Source: an uncultured Chloroflexia bacterium
GTDB taxonomy: Bacteria; Chloroflexota; Limnocylindria; Limnocylindrales; CSP1-4
NCBI GenBank assembly: GCA_963735865.1
Contig: CAVTML010000002.1
Span: forward strand, 519,668 to 583,667
Direction of reading: 5' to 3'
Length of the DNA: 64,000 bases
Part shown: positions 56,274-64,000 of the stretch, piece by piece
How positions within the stretch are numbered: the first letter of the stretch is position 1
Layout: each line of letters opens with the position of its first letter
The notes under the pieces: model-generated
Seen by the model: only the letters and a program-made list of their open reading frames with translations
The model's database searches: none
What the model was told of the DNA's origin: nothing
Translations under genes and position numbers: made by a program

Positions 56274-56406
56274 GCCCAGACGCTCAGGCCACGTCGCAGG
56301 GCTGATTGTCGGGTCGGGCGTCAATGGGCGCCTCGGAGCGCGGCCTACCGGGACGGAGACGCGCCGTCGACCCGGCTCCACTTGACGTCGGGAGCACGAT
56401 CGAGCC

Positions 56407-56793
56407 ATGAGTTTCGACCTGTTCGTGTGGAAGGCGCCGTTGCCGCGATCGGCCATCGAGGCCGACGCGCTCCTGGGCATGTTCTACGAGGATGAGGACA
56501 TCGCCGCGTTCGCGGCAGATCCCGCGCTGCCTCGTTTCCGGGCCGCGCTGCTCGCGGCCTATCCGGCGCTCGAGGATCTGCCCGATGAGCTCCTCAGTGA
56601 CGGCGGGATCCACTCGCCCTGGGCCATGACGCCGACCGATTCAGACCGCGTGATCGAGATCTCCTGTACCTGGGGGACGCCTGAAGAGGCACTCAAGCGC
56701 ATCGTGGCGTTGGCTCGCGAACACGGCCTCGTTCTCTATGACCCACAGGGGCCGGACGTTCACTCGCCGCAGGGGATGACCCGCGGGCGATAG
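56407..56793 (+). CDS. Hypothetical cytoplasmic protein
   Basis: 128 aa with good GC3 bias. No family recognised. Confidence 0.55.
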   Translation: MSFDLFVWKAPLPRSAIEADALLGMFYEDEDIAAFAADPALPRFRAALLAAYPALEDLPDELLSDGGIHSPWAMTPTDSDRVIEISCTWGTPEEALKRIVALAREHGLVLYDPQGPDVHSPQGMTRGR

Positions 56794-56837
56794 GTGACCC
56801 TAAAGTGTGCCTAGGCTCAACCCGCTCGGGAACGTAG

Positions 56838-57269
56838 ATGTCGCAGGGATCGGTCGTGGACAGACCAGCCGTCCGGCGGGTCATGGCATGGGTCGTTGGT
56901 TTGCTCATGCTCGTCGGGACGATCCTGTTCGTCGGTGGGTTCGTCACCGGCCAACGGTGGATGTGGCCCGCCGCGGCCGCTGCGTTCGGCATCGCTTGGG
57001 TCATCAGCATCGTCTTCAAGCAGGATCCCGCAGCGACCGTCGAGCGAGGTCTCGTCCAGGCGTCGGGCGGGTGGACGGCGGCGACCTTCGAGCGCCGCTA
57101 CCTCAATCTGGCGCAAGGGCAGCCGCTCATCGCCGCGGCACGCGCCCTGGCATCCGCCCACGGCTACCACGAGGTCCCCGCCCCTGAGCATCCGGTGACC
57201 CGTCGGTGGATATGGCTGCGGTTCTCTCGGGATGAGGAAGCGCTCTCGTCGCCGGACTCGCGCCGATAG
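56838..57269 (+). CDS. Hypothetical 2-TM membrane protein
   Basis: 143 aa. VMAWVVGLLMLVGTILFVGGFV and WPAAAAAFGIAWVISIVF are TM helices. Confidence 0.5.
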   Translation: MSQGSVVDRPAVRRVMAWVVGLLMLVGTILFVGGFVTGQRWMWPAAAAAFGIAWVISIVFKQDPAATVERGLVQASGGWTAATFERRYLNLAQGQPLIAAARALASAHGYHEVPAPEHPVTRRWIWLRFSRDEEALSSPDSRR

Positions 57270-57308
57270 CGCGGCACGGGACACGACCGGGAGAGCCTGA
57301 GCGGAGAA

Positions 57309-57385
<77 letters not shown>

Positions 57386-57517
57386 ACCGTGAGGCCACGA
57401 CGCTGCGCCGTGGGGAGGGGAGTATAGCCGAGCGGAGGCGCGCCTCCGGCCTCGCGTCGGTGTCCGGGGCTCGCTATCCTCACTGTGGCTGCCCACGTGC
57501 CGAGTAGGAGGGTCGAC

Positions 57518-58420
57518 GTGACCGAAGAAGGCTGGCGCCGTGTCGCGATGGTCCTGGCGGTCGTCCTGGCCCTGCTGATCGGTTTCGGCGCGGCGGTGGT
57601 GCTCATCCCCCGTGGCGGCACCAGCGGCGCATCCCCGACGCCGACGCTGGTCGCCGGGGCCAGCCCCACGCCCACCCTGCCCGGCGAGACGACCCAGCCG
57701 CCGACCGAGACGCCCACCGAACTCCCCAGCGCGACGCCCTCCCCGTCGCCCGGCGCGACGCCGATCCCGACCTCCCCCACGGCGACGATCCAGTTCTCCA
57801 GCCTCCAGCTGGACTCGCCCGCAGCGTCAGGTGGCAAGGCGCGCGCCATCGCCTTCGGCAGCAACGGACCCGGTGACATCGTCGTGACGGCCAAGGTCGA
57901 CACGACCTCGAGCACGGCCAGCGTCTGCCTCCGCGCCGGGACCCAGGCGGCGACCTGCAAGAACGGCAGCGGCACGATCAGCTTCAAGGGCCACGCCTCT
58001 GGCGTGACAGGCTCGTGGACGGTCACGGCGTTGGGCGTCGCCACGAGTGCGCCGGCGATCGACCTGACCATCACGTGGCCGGTCAAGACACCCAAGGTGA
58101 CGCTCTCGAACTTCCGCTTCGACGGCACGGGCGGGGGCGACCTGGTCAACGGCTTCACGGTCGTCTTCAAGGCCCGCGGGAACGGCAACCTCAACGTCAA
58201 CATGGATACCGGCAGCGGCCACAACTGGCAATGGGACGTGCTGGCCCAGGACCAGACCGCCGGCACCCACAAGGAGTACCCCACCACGCCAGACACGGCG
58301 CCCAAGTTCAACGTGACCTCGCCGATCCTGAAGAACCATCAGTACCGCGTCACCGTGCAGAACGAGTCGGGCAACCTGGGGGCGTCGATCCCGCTGAACG
58401 GGACGTTCACCTGGGTCTGA
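57518..58420 (+). CDS. Membrane-anchored secreted protein of unknown function
   Basis: AGGAGGG SD sequence 5 nt before the GTG at 57518 (the ORF opens at 57485). One TM helix and a Pro/Thr linker are followed by two beta-rich modules. Confidence 0.6.
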   Translation: MTEEGWRRVAMVLAVVLALLIGFGAAVVLIPRGGTSGASPTPTLVAGASPTPTLPGETTQPPTETPTELPSATPSPSPGATPIPTSPTATIQFSSLQLDSPAASGGKARAIAFGSNGPGDIVVTAKVDTTSSTASVCLRAGTQAATCKNGSGTISFKGHASGVTGSWTVTALGVATSAPAIDLTITWPVKTPKVTLSNFRFDGTGGGDLVNGFTVVFKARGNGNLNVNMDTGSGHNWQWDVLAQDQTAGTHKEYPTTPDTAPKFNVTSPILKNHQYRVTVQNESGNLGASIPLNGTFTWV

Positions 58421-58421
58421 C

Positions 58422-59345
58422 ATGAAGGTCGGGCTCGTCATGCCCATCGATGACGAGAGCCTGGGCCACATCCCCAGCTACCGTGAACTACGGGACCTTG
58501 CCCGGCAGGCCGAATCGCGCGGGCTGGACTCCATCTGGGTCTTCGACCACCTGCTCTTCCGCTTCCCCGACCAGCCCCAGTCGGGGATCCACGAGTGCTG
58601 GACGGTCCTGGCCGCGCTGGCCGACGCGACGGAACGCGTCGAGCTGGGCACGCTCGTCATGTGCACCGCCTTCCGCGGTGCCGCGATGCTGGCCAAGATG
58701 GCGGCCGCGCTCGATGTCGTGAGCGAGGGCCGGCTCATCCTGGGGCTTGGCGCCGGCTGGCATGAGCCGGAGTTCCGGGCCTTCGGCTACCCCTTCGAGG
58801 AGCGGGTCGGTCGCTTCCAGGATGCCCTCACGATCATCACCGGCCTCCTGCGCGATGGGCACGTGGACCACCACGGCCGCTACGAGACGGCGGACGATTG
58901 CGCCCTGATCCCCTCGCCGACGCGGCGCATCCCCATCCTGGTCGCCGCCAAGGGTCCGCGGATGTTGCGCCTCGCCGCGCGCCATGCCGACGCGTGGAAC
59001 TCGGCCTGGTTCGGGGCGCCGGATGAGCGGCTCGCCGGCCGTCGCGCCGACCTGGCGGCCGCCTGTGGGGCAGCGGGCCGCGACCCCGCCACGTTGGGCG
59101 TGACCATCGGCGTGGTGGTGCGCTACCCGGACCTCATGGCCCCCGATGCCGTGCCCGGGACCGTGCCGCCGGGGCCATCGGGTCCGTCGCTCGGCGGCTC
59201 GGCGGACGAGGTCGCGGCCGGCTTCCGCGCCCATGCCGCGGTCGGGGCGGAGCACCTGATCGTGGACCTCCAGCCGCCGACCCCGGCCGCCCTGGACCGC
59301 CTGGCCGACGCCGTCGCCCGCTACCGCGAGACGGCCGCCGCCTAG
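58422..59345 (+). CDS. LLM-class (luciferase-like) F420-dependent oxidoreductase
   Basis: GLDSIWVFDHLLF..ECWTVLAALA..RVELGTLV..LILGLGAGWHEPEF..GYPF are typical LLM motifs. Confidence 0.88.
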   Translation: MKVGLVMPIDDESLGHIPSYRELRDLARQAESRGLDSIWVFDHLLFRFPDQPQSGIHECWTVLAALADATERVELGTLVMCTAFRGAAMLAKMAAALDVVSEGRLILGLGAGWHEPEFRAFGYPFEERVGRFQDALTIITGLLRDGHVDHHGRYETADDCALIPSPTRRIPILVAAKGPRMLRLAARHADAWNSAWFGAPDERLAGRRADLAAACGAAGRDPATLGVTIGVVVRYPDLMAPDAVPGTVPPGPSGPSLGGSADEVAAGFRAHAAVGAEHLIVDLQPPTPAALDRLADAVARYRETAAA

Positions 59346-60247
59346 AGGCGCTCGATGGCGCGGCTCGCCATGCGCGGGGCGCGGCGCGCACGGGACCTGC
59401 CGCCCAGCTCGAGCAGGCGGATGACGCGGGCGCGCTGACCGCGGTAGGGCTCCAGCAATTCGAGCATCCGCGCGTCGTCCGCCTCGTTGTCGCCGGCCAG
59501 GGAGAACGCGACCAGGCTGGGCAGGTGGAAGTCGCCGACGCTGACCGCGTCGGGGTCACCAAGGGCGATGCGGGTCGCCTCGGCGGCCGTCCAGGGCCCG
59601 ATACCGGCCACGGCCTGGAGGCGCACCCTGGCCTGCTCCGGACCCTCGGCCAGGCTCGCCTCCAGCCTGGCCGCAAGGACACCGATGCGGCGCAGGACGT
59701 CGGCGCGTCGCTGTTCGAGGCCCAGCGGGTGGTAGGCGTGGTAGGGGAGCGTGGCCAGGCGGCGGGGCTCGGGCGGCACGACGACGCCGGCGCTCGCCCC
59801 CGGTCCGGGAGCGGGGCTGCCGTGGGTCCGCACCAGCCGGCGGTAGATCCGTCCCGCCTCGAGGCCGGTGATCTTCTGCTCGATCACGCCCGGGACCAGC
59901 GCCTCCACGACGCGGTTCGTCCGGGCGAGGCGCACCCCCGGGAAGCGGCGCACGAGCTCGGCCACGAGGGGATGGCGGGGCACCAGCGCGCTGGGTCGAT
60001 CGGTCAGGCCCAGGAGTTCGGGCAGGTGCTCCAGCTCCCAGGCCGCGCCCGGACCCCACGCCTCGGCTTCCACCGTCGCACCGGCCAGCCGCGCGTGCAG
60101 GGTGGACACCCCTGCCGGCGTCCGCGAGGCGCGCCACACGTCGGTCGCGGCGAGCCTGATGGTCGGGTCGTAGGGTCCGTGGCGGAGCGGCGCCAGCGTC
60201 CGCACGAGGTCCAACGGGCCGGTCAGGGTGATCGAGCGGGCGGCCAT
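59342..60247 (-). CDS. DNA-3-methyladenine glycosylase II family (AlkA-like, HhH-GPD)
   Basis: VIEQKITGLEAGRIYRRL..LQAVAGIGPWTAAEATRIALGDPDAVSVGDFHL is the HhH-GPD signature with the catalytic Asp region. Confidence 0.82.
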   Translation of the reverse strand: MAARSITLTGPLDLVRTLAPLRHGPYDPTIRLAATDVWRASRTPAGVSTLHARLAGATVEAEAWGPGAAWELEHLPELLGLTDRPSALVPRHPLVAELVRRFPGVRLARTNRVVEALVPGVIEQKITGLEAGRIYRRLVRTHGSPAPGPGASAGVVVPPEPRRLATLPYHAYHPLGLEQRRADVLRRIGVLAARLEASLAEGPEQARVRLQAVAGIGPWTAAEATRIALGDPDAVSVGDFHLPSLVAFSLAGDNEADDARMLELLEPYRGQRARVIRLLELGGRSRARRAPRMASRAIERL

Positions 60248-60338
60248 GGCCGTCGAGTATGCAGCGCGCCGGGGGTACATCTGCGACGATGCGCCAGAGG
60301 CTGCGGGTGAACCGGCCCGGCCGCATGGAGGATCGCGC

Positions 60339-60872
60339 GTGATCAGTCCCGACCCCGTCGCCGCGCCCTCGGCGTACCAGGCGATGCTGCTGGCGCTGCT
60401 GGGGTCGGACGACCCGCTCCTGGCCCAGGCGGCGACGCTGCCAAGCCTGCGCGCCGTCCTGACCGAGGTTCCCGGGGTCATCCGCCAGCGCCCCGAGCCC
60501 GCCGAGTGGTCGGTGCTGGAGGTGGCTGGCCACATCCTGGATGCCGAGATCGTCTACAGCGGGCGCTATCGCTTCACGCTGGCCCACGACGCGCCGCGCC
60601 TGCCCGGCTACGACCAGGACCGGTGGGTGGACCGGCTCCGCCACAATGAGGACGATCCGGAGGACCTGCTGGCCCAGTTCACGGCACTTCGCGCGGCCAA
60701 CCTGGCCCTGTGGCAGCGGACGCCCGAGGCCGAGCGGCAGCGGCTGGGGCTCCACGACGAGCGAGGCCCCGAGAGCTACGACCTGTCGTTCCGCCTGATC
60801 GCCGGCCACGACCGGTTCCACCTGGAGCAGGCGCGGCGGACCCTCGCCGCGGTGCGGCCCCAGGCCGGTTGA
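60339..60872 (+). CDS. DinB-family protein
   Basis: GGAGGA SD sequence 6 nt before the GTG at 60339. WSVLEVAGHILDAEIVY..IAGHDRFHLEQA shows DinB_2-type His residues. Confidence 0.75.
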   Translation: MISPDPVAAPSAYQAMLLALLGSDDPLLAQAATLPSLRAVLTEVPGVIRQRPEPAEWSVLEVAGHILDAEIVYSGRYRFTLAHDAPRLPGYDQDRWVDRLRHNEDDPEDLLAQFTALRAANLALWQRTPEAERQRLGLHDERGPESYDLSFRLIAGHDRFHLEQARRTLAAVRPQAG

Positions 60873-60875
60873 GCG

Positions 60876-61544
60876 TCAGGCGGGGCGTTCGTCCCGCGCC
60901 ACGATGACCCAGACGGCCCACCCGATGACTGCGCCGACGATGGGCCCGACCAGGTAGATCCACAGCGAGCCCAGGTCGCCGCCCAGCAGGGCCGGCCCGA
61001 TCGACCGGGCCGGGTTGACCGAGGACCCGCTGAAGGGCACGGCCGCCAAGTGGATGGCCACGAGCGTCAGCGGGATGAGCAGGCCGGCCATGGCCGGCGC
61101 CTTCTTGCTCGACGCCAGGATGACCAGGATGAAGATCGCCGTGAGCACCGTCTCCAGGATCAGGGCCTGGATGTCGGTGAAGCCGTGGCCCGGGCTGGTG
61201 ATGACGCCCTTGACCGCGTCCTGGTTGAACAGCACCAGGATCAGCAGTGCCGATCCGGCGCCGCCCACCACCTGGGCGACGATGTAGCCGATCGCATCGA
61301 GGACGCTCGTCCGGCCGTCCAGGACCATGGCGATGGTCACGGCCGGGTTGAAGTGGCCGCCGGAGACCGGCCCGAAGGCGGCGATGGCCGCCAGCAGGCC
61401 GAGCCCGAAGCCGAACGGCACGACCACCAGCACCGGCGCCTGCACGGCGCCCGTGGCTTGGACGGCCGTGAAACCGATGGCGAAGAAGAGGAACGTGCCG
61501 ACCAGCTCGGCGGCGCATGCCCTCAGGTTCAGTGGACCCTGCAT
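60876..61544 (-). CDS. Aquaporin/MIP-family channel
   Basis: Two NPA boxes, SGGHFNPAVT and SSVNPARS. GGGAGG SD sequence before the ATG at 61544. Confidence 0.9.
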   Translation of the reverse strand: MQGPLNLRACAAELVGTFLFFAIGFTAVQATGAVQAPVLVVVPFGFGLGLLAAIAAFGPVSGGHFNPAVTIAMVLDGRTSVLDAIGYIVAQVVGGAGSALLILVLFNQDAVKGVITSPGHGFTDIQALILETVLTAIFILVILASSKKAPAMAGLLIPLTLVAIHLAAVPFSGSSVNPARSIGPALLGGDLGSLWIYLVGPIVGAVIGWAVWVIVARDERPA

Positions 61545-61650
61545 CTGGACCTCCCTGCGAGCCGGCGGGCGCGCGCCGGCCATGCCTCCGGCCCATCATA
61601 CCGACGAACACGGGGCCCCCGGCACGGCCGCGTGGGCTACCCTCACCCAT

Positions 61651-62688
61651 GTGGATGTGCAGAGCCTGCGCGGCTTTGAGGCCCTGGCCCGGGAACGGCT
61701 CTCCGCGACGGCCTACGCCTACTACACGGGTGGCTCGTGGGACGAGCAGACGCTGCGCGAGAACGAGGCCGCGTTCGCCCGGCGGACGCTGATCCCGCGC
61801 GTGCTCGTGGACGTGGGCACGATCGACCCGGGGACGACCATGCTGGGCACGGCCGTCTCCCTGCCGGTGGCCCTGGCGCCGGCCGCGCTGCAGGGCCTGG
61901 CCCATCCTGAAGGCGAGTACGTGCCGGCCCGCGCCGCGTCGCGCGCCAAGCTCATCTACTGCCTCTCCACGTTCGCCAACCGGTCGCTGGAGACGGTGGC
62001 TGCGGCGGGACGAGGGACACGCTGGTTCCAGCTGTACGTGCTGCGCGACCGGGGCCGCACCGCCGAACTCGTGGCGCGCGCCGCCGGCGCGGGCTACAAG
62101 GCGCTGATGCTCACGGTGGACCTGCCCCAGGCCGGCTATCGCGAGCGTGAGCTGCGGGACCCGGTGCTGCAACCGGGCGAGCTCGGCAATGTGGGTCTCA
62201 TGGCCGGCGCAGACTTCCTCGAGGGCATCGGGGGCGAGGTGGACCCCACGGTGACCTGGGACGACCTGGCCTGGCTGCGATCCCTGTCGGACCTGCCGCT
62301 CGTCATCAAGGGCATCCTGGATCCGGCCGACGCGACCCGGGCCGTCGAGCACGGGGCGGCCGGGCTCGTCGTCTCCAACCACGGCGGCCGCCAGCTGGAC
62401 CGCGCGCCCGCGTCACTGGACGCCCTCGAGGCGGTGGTGGAGGCGGTCGGCGGACGGGCAGAGGTGTACCTGGACGGCGGCGTCCGGCGCGGCACCGACG
62501 TGGTGATGGCGCTGGCCATGGGGGCGCGCGCCGTCATGGTGGCCCGGCCGTACCTCTACGCCCTGGCGGCCGGCGGCGAGGCCGGGGTCAACCGCTGCCT
62601 GGAGATCCTGGACCACGAGATCCGCCTGGCGATGGCCCTGCTTGGCGCCCCGACGGTCGCCCAGCTGACCCGCGACCGGGTCCGCTGA
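61651..62688 (+). CDS. FMN-dependent alpha-hydroxy-acid dehydrogenase/oxidase (LldD/glycolate oxidase-like)
   Basis: AYAYYTGGSWDEQTLRENEAAF, WFQLYV, LTVDLP and VVSNHGGRQLD are family motifs. The start is uncertain (61582, 61651 or 61657). Confidence 0.88.
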   Translation: MDVQSLRGFEALARERLSATAYAYYTGGSWDEQTLRENEAAFARRTLIPRVLVDVGTIDPGTTMLGTAVSLPVALAPAALQGLAHPEGEYVPARAASRAKLIYCLSTFANRSLETVAAAGRGTRWFQLYVLRDRGRTAELVARAAGAGYKALMLTVDLPQAGYRERELRDPVLQPGELGNVGLMAGADFLEGIGGEVDPTVTWDDLAWLRSLSDLPLVIKGILDPADATRAVEHGAAGLVVSNHGGRQLDRAPASLDALEAVVEAVGGRAEVYLDGGVRRGTDVVMALAMGARAVMVARPYLYALAAGGEAGVNRCLEILDHEIRLAMALLGAPTVAQLTRDRVR

Positions 62689-62690
62689 GG

Positions 62691-63275
62691 GTGCCCGGCA
62701 CGGCCACCGTCCACCGGCTGGTCAGCGGCTACGCCCGCGACGACGGCCGCGTGGGCAGCAGCGTCACGTTCATCCGCGACGGCGACGCGCTGATCGTGGC
62801 CGACCCGGGGATGGTCGCCCGCCGGGGTCGCATCCTCGAGCCGCTGCGCCGCCTGGGCGTCAAGCCGGCCGAGGTGACCCATGTGTTCCTCTCCCACCAC
62901 CATCCCGACCACACGCTCAACGCGGCCCTCTTCCCGAACGCCGAGGTGGTCGACTTCTGGGCCCGCTACCGCGACGACCTGTGGCTCGATCACGACGGTG
63001 ACGGCTACCACCTCTCACCCCACGCGGTGCTGTGGCTGACCCCCGGCCACAGCGAGGCCGACGCGACGCTGGTCGTCGACGCCGTCGATGGGGTCTACGC
63101 CCTGACCCACCTCTGGTGGCGGGGCGACCGCACGCCGCGGATCGACCCGCTGGCGTGGGACCAGGCGGCCCTGGAGGTCGGACGGGCGCGGGTGCTGGCG
63201 GCCGCGGACGTGGTCATCCCCGGCCACGGCCGGCCGTTCCGGGTCAGGCCGGACCGGGCCGCCGCAGGGCGATGA
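62691..63275 (+). CDS. MBL-fold metallo-hydrolase
   Basis: The HxHxDH motif appears as LSHHHPDHTLN, and a distal PGH is present. Confidence 0.8.
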   Translation: MPGTATVHRLVSGYARDDGRVGSSVTFIRDGDALIVADPGMVARRGRILEPLRRLGVKPAEVTHVFLSHHHPDHTLNAALFPNAEVVDFWARYRDDLWLDHDGDGYHLSPHAVLWLTPGHSEADATLVVDAVDGVYALTHLWWRGDRTPRIDPLAWDQAALEVGRARVLAAADVVIPGHGRPFRVRPDRAAAGR

Positions 63276-63711
63276 CGTTGGCCACGAAGCCGGCCACCAC
63301 GGTCAGCCCGTAGCCGGCGCACCACACGCAGACAGCGTGGATGACCGCCACTTGCAGGTACACGAAGTAGCCCTCCATGACCACGCCGATGAGGCTCAGG
63401 GCATAGGCGCCGAGCAGCAGCCGCCGGTCACCGCTGCGCCACCAGGCAGCCGTCGCCACGAGCAGGGTCAGCGAGTAGGCGATGCCGAACGCGGCCGTGG
63501 GGATGCCCAGGATCGTGCTGTAGGCGCTGGCGTCGACCGTCTCGCACCCCTGCAGCGGCCCGCAGATGGGCGAGCCGCCGGCCAGCTTGGTCAACGTGAG
63601 GTACGACGCGATGGCCAGGCCGATCACGGCGATGGCCAGCATCACGGGCACGCCGCGCCAGGCCGCCGCTGGTTTCGCGCTGGCGCCCTGCGCGGGCGCG
63701 CCAACGGTCAC
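63244..63711 (-). CDS. Vitamin K epoxide reductase (VKOR)-family protein
   Basis: Four TM helices. The loop cysteines are CGPLQGC and the CxxC is CVWC. The GTG overlaps the stop of the upstream DsbA-like gene. Confidence 0.85.
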   Translation of the reverse strand: MTVGAPAQGASAKPAAAWRGVPVMLAIAVIGLAIASYLTLTKLAGGSPICGPLQGCETVDASAYSTILGIPTAAFGIAYSLTLLVATAAWWRSGDRRLLLGAYALSLIGVVMEGYFVYLQVAVIHAVCVWCAGYGLTVVAGFVANVIALRRPGPA

Positions 63712-64000
63712 GAAGGGGAGGGACTGGCCGCCGGGCTGGAGCTTGGCGTGGCGGCTCCGGACGGCAGCGGAGCGGGCGTGGAGTTGCCATAGGCCGTGTC
63801 GATCGAGGCACTCAGGCTGGCCAGGTCATAGGCGGTCTGCTGCTTGCTGTTGATGAAGATGGTGGGCGTGCCGGTGACGCCCGCCCCGATGCCCTGCTGG
63901 TGCTCCTGGTTCACCTGCTGCACCGTCGCGGTGTTCGAGATGCAGGTGTTGTAGGTGGCCTGGTCCAGGCCGACCGCGACCGCGATCTGCAGGAGACGCG
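63708..64000 (-). CDS. DsbA-like thioredoxin-fold oxidoreductase, C-terminal part (5' end beyond the window)
   Basis: The frame is open to the window edge. ..GVTGTPTIFINSKQ.. is the cis-Pro loop region of DsbA-like proteins, followed by a Pro/Ser/Ala tail. Confidence 0.72.
   Translation of the reverse strand, partial: RLLQIAVAVGLDQATYNTCISNTATVQQVNQEHQQGIGAGVTGTPTIFINSKQQTAYDLASLSASIDTAYGNSTPAPLPSGAATPSSSPAASPSPS

Overview
This is a 64 kb, strongly GC-rich chromosomal segment with marked GC3 bias and many 4-nt start/stop overlaps. It carries mycothiol/DinB-type and F420/LLM-type enzymes and many lipoproteins with Pro/Thr/Ser/Ala linkers. That combination fits an Actinomycetota-like, or related high-GC Terrabacteria, genome; I cannot place it more precisely from sequence alone. 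I call about 75 protein-coding loci and one tRNA-Pro(CGG). I saw no rRNA, CRISPR array, transposase, integrase or phage gene.

Recognisable content, in order:
- mgtA (partial), followed by an xfp-ackA phosphoketolase operon.
- A flavodoxin divergent from a ferredoxin/GltD-like flavoprotein that is coupled to two paralogous unknown membrane proteins.
- A GAF-histidine kinase/LuxR pair, Fur, and a GT39 glycosyltransferase.
- An orphan Flp pilin, an ABC-2 exporter, and a TOBE-regulator/modAB locus with no modC.
- A roughly 6 kb co-directional cluster: ECF sigma, NDH-2, DUF4342, GNAT, zf-UBP, FMN reductase, rhodanese, DinB, DUF5996.
- MarR, wecB, and a K+ channel coupled to a large unknown membrane protein.
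- A class III cyclase divergent from a DUF2652 gene, a MIO ammonia-lyase, and an isochorismatase/NCS1 permease operon.
- LLM oxidoreductase, AlkA-like glycosylase, aquaporin, FMN-dependent hydroxy-acid dehydrogenase, and VKOR-DsbA.

Main observations:
1. The Fd-GltD-like gene plus the two paralogous multi-TM genes, next to a DosRS-like two-component system, is my best candidate for an uncharacterised membrane redox module.
2. At least four clear single-nucleotide frameshifts, one further probable frameshift and one in-frame TAG interrupt otherwise intact genes. Most frameshifts sit in short G/C runs. This points to consensus indel errors or recent gene decay and must be resolved before any functional claim.
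3. The anti-sigma-less ECF sigma redox/thiol cluster has a perfect inverted repeat in the divergent marR promoter.

No finding here is supported by database searches. All family names come from motif recognition by eye.
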